Source of the DNA: an uncultured Thermus sp.
GTDB lineage: Bacteria; Deinococcota; Deinococci; Deinococcales; Thermaceae
Assembly (NCBI GenBank): GCA_947085095.1
Contig: CAMTVD010000019.1
Coordinates: forward strand, 1 to 26,372
Direction of reading: 5' to 3'
DNA length: 26,372 nucleotides
Both the position numbers and the translations under genes were made by a program. Below the pieces are notes generated by a model. That model ran no database searches, was not told where the DNA came from, and saw only the letters and a program-made list of their open reading frames with translations. Below, piece after piece: positions 18,527 to 25,614 of this stretch (within the stretch, counting starts at the first letter, position 1; every line of letters starts with the position of its first letter).

Positions 18527-19278
18527 ACCCCTCCTACTCTACCCGCTAGGACCGCTCTTGCCGCCTGGCGGCCCGCCTCGGCGATCTCCTCCAGGCGGCG
18601 GAAGTCCTCGAGGCCCACCCCCCGAAGGGCGGGGCGCACGTACACCTCGGGAGCGTAGAGGGTGAGGCGCACGGAGGTGAGGTGGAGCTGCATCAGGTCC
18701 ACCGCCCGCCGGGCCAGGGAGAGGAGCCCCGTGGGGGCCGCTTCCACCCCCCGCTCTGGGGTCACGTCCACCGCGTAGACCTCCAGGGCCCCCAGGAGGC
18801 GGGCCGCATCCACGGGCAGGTTGTCCAAAACCCCTCCGTCAAAGAGGAGCCGCCCCTCCCGTTCCACCGGGGCCAGGAGGCCCGGGTAGGCGGCCGAGGC
18901 CAGGACGGCGCTGGGCAGGTCCCCATGGGTGAGGAAGACCAGCCTCCCCGTGATCACGTCCACCGCGGTCACCGCCAGGGGGCGCTCCAGATCCTCAAAG
19001 CGGGGGGGAAGGTGCTCCGCCAGGAAGTCCCGGAGCTTCCTGCGGGAGAAGAGCCCCTCCCGCGGGGAAAAGCCCAAAAGCCCCAGCCACGGGGTCTTGC
19101 GGGCCATGGCCAGCATCTCCTCCGGGGTCTTCCCCGCCGCGAAGAGGGCCCCCACGATGGCCCCCATGCTGGTGCCCGCCACCACCTGGAAGTCCAGCCC
19201 CGCCTCCAGGAAGACCTCCAGAACCCCGATGTGGGCAAGCCCCCTAGCCCCTCCTCCGGAAAGCGCCAAGCCGCGCAC
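18523..19278 (-). CDS. Patatin-like phospholipase
   Basis: SGGGARG, GTSMG, DGG motifs. Confidence 0.93.
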   Translation of the reverse strand: MRGLALSGGGARGLAHIGVLEVFLEAGLDFQVVAGTSMGAIVGALFAAGKTPEEMLAMARKTPWLGLLGFSPREGLFSRRKLRDFLAEHLPPRFEDLERPLAVTAVDVITGRLVFLTHGDLPSAVLASAAYPGLLAPVEREGRLLFDGGVLDNLPVDAARLLGALEVYAVDVTPERGVEAAPTGLLSLARRAVDLMQLHLTSVRLTLYAPEVYVRPALRGVGLEDFRRLEEIAEAGRQAARAVLAGRVGGV

Positions 19279-19335
19279 GGGAAAATCCTAACGGCTCCCG
19301 GGTGAAAGAGGTGAGGGGCGGGTATAGTGAAAGCG

Positions 19336-20100
19336 GTGAGCCTGGCGGGGAAGGTCCTTCTTGACCGCTACCGGGTGGTGCGCCCCCTGGGCCAGGGGGC
19401 CCTGGCCACCGTCTACCTGGCTTTTGACCGCTTCGGGGCCCCCCACGCCCTCAAGGTCTTCCCCCAGGGAGCCGAGCCCAGGCGGGACCGGGAGTTCTGG
19501 GTGGGAAGGAGGCTTTCCCACCCCAACCTCAACCCCGTTTTGGAAAAGCTGGACCTCGAGGAGGGCCCCGCTTTGCTCCTGGCCTACGCCCCCGGGGAGG
19601 AGATGGGACGGTGGATGGCCCGGAAGCCAGAGAGGGAGCGGGCCCTCTTCGTCTTCCGCCAGCTCCTTCTGGCCCTGGCCCACATGCACGAAAAGGGCCT
19701 GGTGCACCGGGACGTGAAGCCGGAGAACATCATCGTGGCGGGTACGGACGAGGCCCGGCTGGTGGACTTTGACCTTTCCGGGCCGGTGGCGGAGGCCTTC
19801 AGAAAGCCCCTGCGGGTGGGCACCCTGCCCTACCTGGCCCCCGAGCAGGTCCTGGGGAAAAGCCCCGGCCCCGAGGCCGACGTCTACGCGGCCGGGGTCA
19901 TCCTCTACTGGATCCTCGCCGGGGAGCACCCCTTCGTGGGGGCCCCGGAGGAGGTCCTCCTGGGCCACCTCCAGGGGGAGGTGCCCCCCCTCCCCGGGCT
20001 CAAGGAGGGGGCGCACCTCTACCTGGAGCGCCTCCTGGCCAAGCGCCCGGAGGAGCGCTTCCCTAGCGCCAAAGAGGCCCTCGAGGCCTTCCCCTTCTAG
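19336..20100 (+). CDS. Hanks-type serine/threonine protein kinase
   Basis: LGQGALATV, ALKV, HRDVKPEN, DFD, GTLPYLAPE, DVYAAG. GTG 19336 lies 7 nt after TATAGT. Confidence 0.92.
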   Translation: MSLAGKVLLDRYRVVRPLGQGALATVYLAFDRFGAPHALKVFPQGAEPRRDREFWVGRRLSHPNLNPVLEKLDLEEGPALLLAYAPGEEMGRWMARKPERERALFVFRQLLLALAHMHEKGLVHRDVKPENIIVAGTDEARLVDFDLSGPVAEAFRKPLRVGTLPYLAPEQVLGKSPGPEADVYAAGVILYWILAGEHPFVGAPEEVLLGHLQGEVPPLPGLKEGAHLYLERLLAKRPEERFPSAKEALEAFPF

Positions 20101-21191
20101 CGGGCGAAGGCCCCGTTCCCCAGGAAGGTGAGGATGCCGGAAAGGAGCCCCTGGGCCACCCTCTCCCGGTAGGTGGGGTCCTGGAGCCGCCTTCCCTCCG
20201 CCGGGTGGTCCCCAAAGCCCACCTCCACCAAGACGGCGGGCACCTTGGCGTAACGCAGGACGAAGAAGTCCCCGGGGAAGCTCCCCCTGTAGGGGCTCCC
20301 CGTGGCCTGGGAAAGGTGCCGCCCCAGGGTCTCCGCCAGGCGCTGGCTGAAGCGCTGGTTGGCCTGGGCCACGACGTCCGAGAGGATTCTCTCTGTAACA
20401 CTCCTGGCCTCCTCGGTGAGGCGTCTACCCACCTCTCCCCCGCCGTTTTCCCGGATCACCTGGGCCAGAACCCTGGGGTCCTGGGCCCGGCCGAAGTAGA
20501 AGACCTCCACCCCTTGCGCGGTGCGGGTGGGGGAGGCGTTCACGTGGATGGAGACGAAAAGGTTCACCTGGGAGCTGTCGGCCATGCTGGCCCGCATGGA
20601 GAGGTCCGTGCGCTTGTCCGGAGAGAGGTGCGTGTCCTTTTCCCGGGTCAGGCGGACCTCTATCCCCTCCCGCAAGAGGAGGCGCTTGAGGCGTAGGGCC
20701 ACGTCCAGGACCACCTCCTTCTCCACCACGTGGCCCACCATCCCCGGGTCAATCCCCCCGTGGCCGGGGTCCAGGAGCACCACGGGCCTAGGAGGCTTGG
20801 GGGCCTGGGCCTTGGGGGGGTCCGGGGCCTGGCGCTTGAGGAGGGTCTCCCCCTTCTTCAAGGCAAGGTCCAGGACCAGGCGCTCGGGGTCCCTGAGGCG
20901 GCTTGTCCTCACCTCCACCGCCCCCCTGGTGCGCACCAGGACCCGTACCCCCCCTCCCTCCGGCACCACCTGGACCGAGGCCACCTCGGGGGAGTTCACC
21001 ACTTGGTCGGCCCTGGGCGCCGAGAGGCCCGGGAAGACCAGGATGAGGAGGCCCTCCCCCTCCTCTATGCGGTAGGCCGTCTGGGGCGAGGGCAGGTCAA
21101 AGACCAGGCGGGTGAAGCCCTCGTGCACCCCCACCCGGGGGAAGGCCAGGGCCACACTCCCCACGCCGAGAAGCCACAGGAGCCAGCGCAT
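20097..21191 (-). CDS. N-acetylmuramoyl-L-alanine amidase (AMIN + Amidase_3)
   Basis: Signal peptide, RLVFDL/PERLVLD, LDPGHGG, EKEVVL, SIHVNA, LVEVGF. Confidence 0.93.
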   Translation of the reverse strand: MRWLLWLLGVGSVALAFPRVGVHEGFTRLVFDLPSPQTAYRIEEGEGLLILVFPGLSAPRADQVVNSPEVASVQVVPEGGGVRVLVRTRGAVEVRTSRLRDPERLVLDLALKKGETLLKRQAPDPPKAQAPKPPRPVVLLDPGHGGIDPGMVGHVVEKEVVLDVALRLKRLLLREGIEVRLTREKDTHLSPDKRTDLSMRASMADSSQVNLFVSIHVNASPTRTAQGVEVFYFGRAQDPRVLAQVIRENGGGEVGRRLTEEARSVTERILSDVVAQANQRFSQRLAETLGRHLSQATGSPYRGSFPGDFFVLRYAKVPAVLVEVGFGDHPAEGRRLQDPTYRERVAQGLLSGILTFLGNGAFAR

Positions 21192-21229
21192 CCAGGCCCA
21201 TTCTACCGGGGGGTGGTAAAATCTGCCCC

Positions 21230-21646
21230 ATGACGAAGAAGGTCGTGGTCTACAACCTGGTGGGGCACCGCTTCTTGGGGATGAACGAGCAGGGGGACAA
21301 GGTCATGATTGACGGGGATAAGCCCGCCACCGGGCCCCGCCCCATGGAACTCCTCCTCATGGCCCTGGGGGCCTGCACCGCCTACGACGTGGTGGATATC
21401 ATGAAGAAGAAGAAGCAGCCCCTGGCCCGCTACCGGGTGGAGGTGGAGGGGGTGCGGGCGGAGACCCACCCCAGGCGCTACACCCACATCACCGTGACCC
21501 ACATCGCCTCCGGGCCGGGGGTGACCCTCGAGGCCCTGGAGCGGGCCGTCCACCTCTCCCACACCAAGTACTGCTCCGTCTCCGCCAACCTCAACGCCGA
21601 GATCACCACCCGGGTGATCCTGGAGCCCTGGGAGGAAGAGGCCTGA
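21230..21646 (+). CDS. OsmC family protein (YhfA-like)
   Basis: GPRPMELLLMALGACT and KYCSVS. Confidence 0.9.
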   Translation: MTKKVVVYNLVGHRFLGMNEQGDKVMIDGDKPATGPRPMELLLMALGACTAYDVVDIMKKKKQPLARYRVEVEGVRAETHPRRYTHITVTHIASGPGVTLEALERAVHLSHTKYCSVSANLNAEITTRVILEPWEEEA

Positions 21647-22404
21647 TGCTCCTGGCGGTGGACATCGGCAACACCTCCACGGCCCTGGGCCTTTTTGAGG
21701 GGGAGAGGCTCGTCGCCCACTTCCGCATCCACACCGACCGAATGCGGATGGAAAGCGAGTATAGGGTCCTCCTAAAGAACCTCTTCGCCCTGGAGGGCCT
21801 TCCCCCGCCCAAAGCCGCCCTCCTTTCCAGCGTGGTGCCCCCGGTGGAGCGGGAGATGGGGCGGGCCATAGAGGGGCTTTTCGGGGTCAAGGCCCGCCTG
21901 GTGGACGCCGAGGCCACGGGCCTCCAGGTACTCATAGACAACCCCAAGGAGGCCGGGGCTGACCGCCTGGTGAACGCCGTGGGGGCCCTGGCCTACCCCA
22001 GCCCCACGGGCCGCTACATCGTGGTGGACTTCGGCACCGCCACCACTTTTGACCTGGTGGAGGCCCCCAACCGCTACCTGGGCGGGGCCATCACCATCGG
22101 CCCCCAGACGGCGGCGGACGCCCTGGCGGCCCGCACCGCCAAGCTCCCCCGTATAGACCTGGTGCCGCCCAAGGGGGTGGTGGGCAGGAACACCCTGGAA
22201 GCCCTCCGCTCCGGCCTCGTCCTGGGTTACGCCGCCCTGGTGGAGGGGATGGTGCGCCGCTTCAAGGAGGAGACGGGGGAGGCCCTGGTGATCGCCACCG
22301 GGGGGTTTGCGGAAACCCTCAAGGACCTCTGCCCCTCCTTTGACGTGGTGGACGAGGACCTCACCCTCAAGGGCCTCCTGCGCATCCACCAGGGGCAAGG
22401 GTGA
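21646..22404 (+). CDS. coaX: Type III pantothenate kinase
   Basis: DIGNT, SSVVP, GADR, VDFGTATT, GGAI, ATGG. Confidence 0.95.
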   Translation: MLLAVDIGNTSTALGLFEGERLVAHFRIHTDRMRMESEYRVLLKNLFALEGLPPPKAALLSSVVPPVEREMGRAIEGLFGVKARLVDAEATGLQVLIDNPKEAGADRLVNAVGALAYPSPTGRYIVVDFGTATTFDLVEAPNRYLGGAITIGPQTAADALAARTAKLPRIDLVPPKGVVGRNTLEALRSGLVLGYAALVEGMVRRFKEETGEALVIATGGFAETLKDLCPSFDVVDEDLTLKGLLRIHQGQG

Positions 22405-22732
22405 ACCAGTAAACATACCGCCCCTCCTCGGGCAGGAGGGCATACCGCCACCCCTCCACCCGGTACCAGCCCAGGTCCCGCCAGCGCCCTGGCCGCTCCC
22501 GCAGGAAGACCCGCAAGGGGATGCTCTCCCGGTGGGCCAGGAGGAGGCGGAGGTTGCCCCCAAGGGGCTCCTGGTGCCCCCGCTTCCCCTCCCCCATGTA
22601 GAGGATGCGCCCATCGGGCAAAAAGACATTCCGGTAGCCCGACTCCCCCCGGTCCACCAGGAGGCTTTGCCGACCGATCCCCCTGCGGGTGCCGTGGAAG
22701 GCAAAGACCTCGCTCCAGCTCAAGCTTGACAC
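22367..22732 (-). CDS. Stand-alone SRA/YDG-like domain protein
   Basis: GYRN...ILYMGEGKRGHQ...GGNLRL...PLRVF...LGWYRV matches the SRA-type YxGEG..GxQ...GN pattern. Confidence 0.65.
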   Translation of the reverse strand: MSSLSWSEVFAFHGTRRGIGRQSLLVDRGESGYRNVFLPDGRILYMGEGKRGHQEPLGGNLRLLLAHRESIPLRVFLRERPGRWRDLGWYRVEGWRYALLPEEGRYVYWFTLAPGGCAGGP

Positions 22733-22754
22733 TTCCCTTTCCCCCGGCTATCAT
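22726..22754 (+). promoter_or_regulatory. Sigma-A promoter of tRNA operon
   Basis: TTGACA (22726-22731), 17 bp, TATCAT (22749-22754). Confidence 0.85.
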
Positions 22755-22797
22755 CCTAAGTGCCCGGTCGGACGCCCCCGACCTGGCGACAACCCCA

Positions 22798-22874
22798 GGC
22801 CCCGTGGTGTAGTTGGTTAACACACCCGCCTGTCACGTGGGAGATCGCGGGTTCGAGTCCCGTCGGGGCCGCCA
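22798..22874 (+). tRNA. tRNA-Asp(GTC)
   Basis: 77 nt, acceptor GGCCCCG/CGGGGCC, anticodon loop CTGTCAC, GGTTCGAGTCC, encoded CCA. Confidence 0.97.
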
Positions 22875-22875
22875 G

Positions 22876-22951
22876 GCCGAGGTAGCTCAGTCGGTAGAGC
22901 ATGCGACTGAAAATCGCAGTGTCGGCGGTTCGATTCCGCCCCTCGGCACCA
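22876..22951 (+). tRNA. tRNA-Phe(GAA)
   Basis: 76 nt, acceptor GCCGAGG/CCTCGGC, anticodon loop CTGAAAA, GGTTCGATTCC, encoded CCA. Confidence 0.97.
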
Positions 22952-22953
22952 GA

Positions 22954-22986
22954 CGGCCTGCCCCTTTTGGGGCAGGTCGCTTTTTG
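22954..22986 (+). terminator. Intrinsic terminator of tRNA operon
   Basis: CCTGCCCC-TTTT-GGGGCAGG stem followed by CTTTTT. Confidence 0.85.
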
Positions 22987-23135
22987 CTACAATGCCCCCG
23001 AAGGGGGTGGGAAGCTGAGGAGACCTTCGCCATATTGGGGTGCCATTTGAGGTAAGTATTCGCTGAGGCATTGCGGTAGGTGTTTTTTCGGTATTGCCGG
23101 TGTATTCCAGGGGCGCATTAAAGCTGGATGTTTTG

Positions 23136-23181
23136 GGGCCCGCGTGGGGCGCTTAACCCCCACGGGCCCGCGTATTTTTTA
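23136..23181 (+). terminator. Putative intrinsic terminator in the intergenic region
   Basis: GGGCCC(GC)GTGGGG...CCCCACGGGCCC then GCGTATTTTTT. Confidence 0.55.
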
Positions 23182-23343
23182 GGCCATTCCCCCCTCAAAA
23201 CCCCGAGGCTTCCCCCCGTTGCTCTAGCCCCGCTACCCAGCCGGCACCGGGTGTGCTAAGCTGGGTAGCGTAGGTCTGATCAAATCCAAACTATTGTGAC
23301 CCTATAGGCATTTTTTGCCGTGCTGATACCTATTCTTCCCCTC

Positions 23344-23372
23344 TTGACAGTATTGACCCGACCCCCTAAAGT
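23344..23372 (+). promoter_or_regulatory. Sigma-A promoter of the small peptide gene
   Basis: TTGACA (23344-23349), 17 bp, TAAAGT (23367-23372). Confidence 0.75.
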
Positions 23373-23428
23373 GAAAGACAAGCAAACGGGGCCGACCCCC
23401 CGGAAGCGGAGGAAAAGGAGGGATGAAG

Positions 23429-23518
23429 ATGAAGAAGCTGATCGCTCGTGTGTTGGTGCTTCTCGGCAGCTTGATCGCGCTTGGGCTCGCGGCTGGGGCC
23501 GCTACGCGCTGGGAGTAA
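23429..23518 (+). CDS. Small hydrophobic peptide MKKLIARVLVLLGSLIALGLAAGAATRWE (29 aa), candidate signalling-peptide precursor
   Basis: AGGAGG (23416-23421) 7 nt before ATG 23429 (alternative ATG 23423), upstream promoter, immediate terminator, signal-peptide-like architecture. Below the ORF-track cutoff. Confidence 0.85.
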   Translation: MKKLIARVLVLLGSLIALGLAAGAATRWE

Positions 23519-23522
23519 GGGG

Positions 23523-23550
23523 GAGGCCAGCTAAGCTGGCCTCTTTATTT
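23523..23550 (+). terminator. Intrinsic terminator after peptide gene
   Basis: Perfect 9-bp stem GAGGCCAGC-TAA-GCTGGCCTC followed by TTTATTT. Confidence 0.85.
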
Positions 23551-23553
23551 CTC

Positions 23554-23583
23554 TTGCCTTGGCGGAGGAGGGTTTGCTACACT
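23554..23583 (+). promoter_or_regulatory. Putative promoter for HD-GYP/DUF5317 genes
   Basis: TTGCCT, 18 bp, TACACT, 9 nt before ATG 23593. Confidence 0.55.
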
Positions 23584-23592
23584 CAGGCCACC

Positions 23593-25008
23593 ATGGCCTT
23601 TAGACGCCTGGAGCTTCCTCCGCCGCGGGTGCTCCTTCTGGTCCTCTCGGCCTTCCTGGGCTTCCTGGCCCTGGAGGGCTTCCTGCTTTGGGCCTACGGG
23701 GGCACCCCTCTCCGCTTGAGCCTCCTGGACCTGCTTTTCTGAGGCGCGCTCATGCTTTGGAGCGTATTTGTTCGCGTCCCGCTCCCCTTAAGCGCCAGCA
23801 TGAGCCAGTTCTTTATCTTTGCCTTGGCTTTAGTCGTTCTTACGGCTCCATGGGTCTCGCCCCTGTTGAGTTTTGCCCTCCAGTGGGGCCGAAAAGTTTG
23901 GTACAAGGAGCTCTTCAACAGTTCCCAGATTGGCATGGCCACCGCCCTGGCGGCCCTGGCCTGGCAGTTCTTCCAGCAGAACCCCGTCTACCTGGGTCCC
24001 TGGAATGTGTCGGCAGGGGTGGGCATCGCCACCGCTTCCCTGGCTTTTTTTGCGGTCAACACCACTTTGGTGACCACCGCCATCCACCTGGCCAACAACG
24101 TTCCCTGGCGCGAAGTGTGGCGCAAAAACTACAGATGGCTCGCCTCCAGCTACCTCCTCCTCTCCCCCCTCGCCCTCCTCCTGGCCCGGGCCTATGAGAC
24201 GCCCCTCCTGGGCAACTGGGGCGGGTGGACGGTGCTCTTCTTCCTCATCCCCCTCTACTACAGCCGCTTCTACTGGGACGAGAAGGTGCGTCTGGAAGCG
24301 GCCTTTGACGCCACCCTGGAAACCCTCATGCACGCCCTCGAGGCCAAGGACCCCCAGACCCGCCTCCACTCCGAGCGCGTGGCCGAGATCGCCCGGGACC
24401 TAGCCCGGAAGGTCAAGAACGGGGACGAAGCCTACGCCCAGGCCGTCTACCGGGCAGCCCGGCTCCACGATATTGGCAAGATCGGCATCCCCGAGTTCGT
24501 CCTCCTGAAGCCCGGCTCCCTCACCCCTGAGGAGCGCCAGGCCATAGAAAAGCACCCCGAGTTCGGAGCGGAGATGCTGAAGCCCGGGGCCAAGGTGGCC
24601 TTTGAGCCCCTGGTCTATAACATCATCCTCTACCACCACGAGCGCTGGGACGGCCGGGGCTACCCAAAGCGGCTCGCCGGGCACGAGATTCCCGAGGAGG
24701 CCCGCATCGTGGGGCTGGCCGACGCCTACGAGGCCATGACCGCGGGTCGCCCCTACCGCAAGGCCAAGACCCCGGAGGAGGCCTTGGAGGAAATGCAGGA
24801 ACTATCCGGCATCCAGTTTGACCCCCGCCTGGTGGAGGCCTTCATGGAGCTCTGGCAGGAAGACCCCATCTGGCGGGACCGGGAAGCCTACCTCAAGGCC
24901 AAAGCGGAAAAGGAGGGATCCGTATCACGCTTTATCTTGCCGCCGCTCTCTTCGCCCTGGGCCTCGCCCTCGCCCTCGGAGTCCGACCAAAGGACCTCGG
25001 AGGAATAG
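23593..25008 (+). pseudogene. Multi-TM sensor HD-GYP cyclic-dinucleotide phosphodiesterase, interrupted by in-frame TGA at 23740-23742 (may restart at ATG 23752)
   Basis: One frame from ATG 23593 through LLF*GALMLWS. Several TM segments, then EAKDPQT..HSERV, LHDIGK, HHERWDGRGYP, ADAYEAMT, RPYR. Confidence 0.85.
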
Positions 25009-25553
25009 AGCTAAAGGCGGCCTGGGCCTTCCTCCTGGCGGCCCTCCTCGAGGGGGGCCTGGCCTACGGCACCTACCGGGGCCTCTTCCCCCCCGAGGTG
25101 GCGGGCCCCTTGGCCAAGGCCTTGGTCCTCCTCCTGGTGGGCTACGGCCTTTACCAGAACCGCCACCTGAAAAGCCTCTACCTGGTCCTCCTGGGGCTGC
25201 TCCTGAACGCCCTGGTCATCTTCGCCAACGGCGGGCACATGCCCGTGAGCCTCCCCGCCCTGCGCCAGGTAGGCCTGGGGGAGCTGGAAAACCTCTTGAG
25301 AAACCGGAGCGATGCGGTCCACACCCTTCTGGACGAAACCACCCGCCTGCCCTTCCTGGGGGACGTGATCCCTCTACCCCCCCTCGTCAAGGTGATTAGC
25401 CCCGGAGATGTCCTCATCCTCCTGGGCATCGTTGGGGTGGTGGTGGAGGGAGCCCTGCGGGCTGGGGGTTTCCGCCTCCCCCTGCGCCTCGCCGCCCTTC
25501 GCGTGCTGGCCTACCTGGTTCTGGTCCTCCTCCTCCTCGCCTGGCGGGCCTGA
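24924..25553 (+). CDS. DUF5317-like integral membrane protein
   Basis: LNALVIFANGGHMPV, H..LDETTRLPFLGD, ISPGD motifs. The frame is open with hydrophobic sequence from ATC 24924, 7 nt after AGGAGG; the first canonical start is GTG 25098. Confidence 0.8.
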   Translation: MTLYLAAALFALGLALALGVRPKDLGGIELKAAWAFLLAALLEGGLAYGTYRGLFPPEVAGPLAKALVLLLVGYGLYQNRHLKSLYLVLLGLLLNALVIFANGGHMPVSLPALRQVGLGELENLLRNRSDAVHTLLDETTRLPFLGDVIPLPPLVKVISPGDVLILLGIVGVVVEGALRAGGFRLPLRLAALRVLAYLVLVLLLLAWRA

Positions 25554-25614
25554 TGTTTCCCCGGTGTAGGGTATATTCCTCGTAGGGGGGCACCCCCCCT
25601 CACCAGGAGGAGAA

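Noticed and set aside
22813..23071. ORFs overlapping the tRNA genes
   Set aside because: Spurious translations of tRNA sequence.
23294..23312. TTGTGA-N6-AGGCA as a CRP/FNR-family site upstream of the peptide promoter
   Set aside because: Only one half-site matches, which is insufficient support.
23378..23412. GCAAAC-GGGG-CCGA-CCCC in the peptide 5' UTR resembles the start of a c-di-GMP-I (GEMM) riboswitch
   Set aside because: No GNRA tetraloop, no GACGCAAAGC segment and no second stem; the leader is too short. It is only a small hairpin. An Infernal search with the c-di-GMP-I model would settle it.
23320..23742. 140-aa ORF from the track
   Set aside because: Its 5' part runs across the promoter, the peptide gene (other frame) and the terminator. 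Only 23593 onward is the real HD-GYP N-terminus.
23740..23742. TGA as selenocysteine or programmed readthrough
   Set aside because: It is in a TM context where Trp fits and there is no evident SECIS-like hairpin. A nonsense mutation or sequencing error is simpler.
22930..25553. Peptide/HD-GYP module as a tRNA-integrated mobile island
   Set aside because: No integrase and no duplicated tRNA 3' end seen in the window, and the large genes have host-like codon usage.
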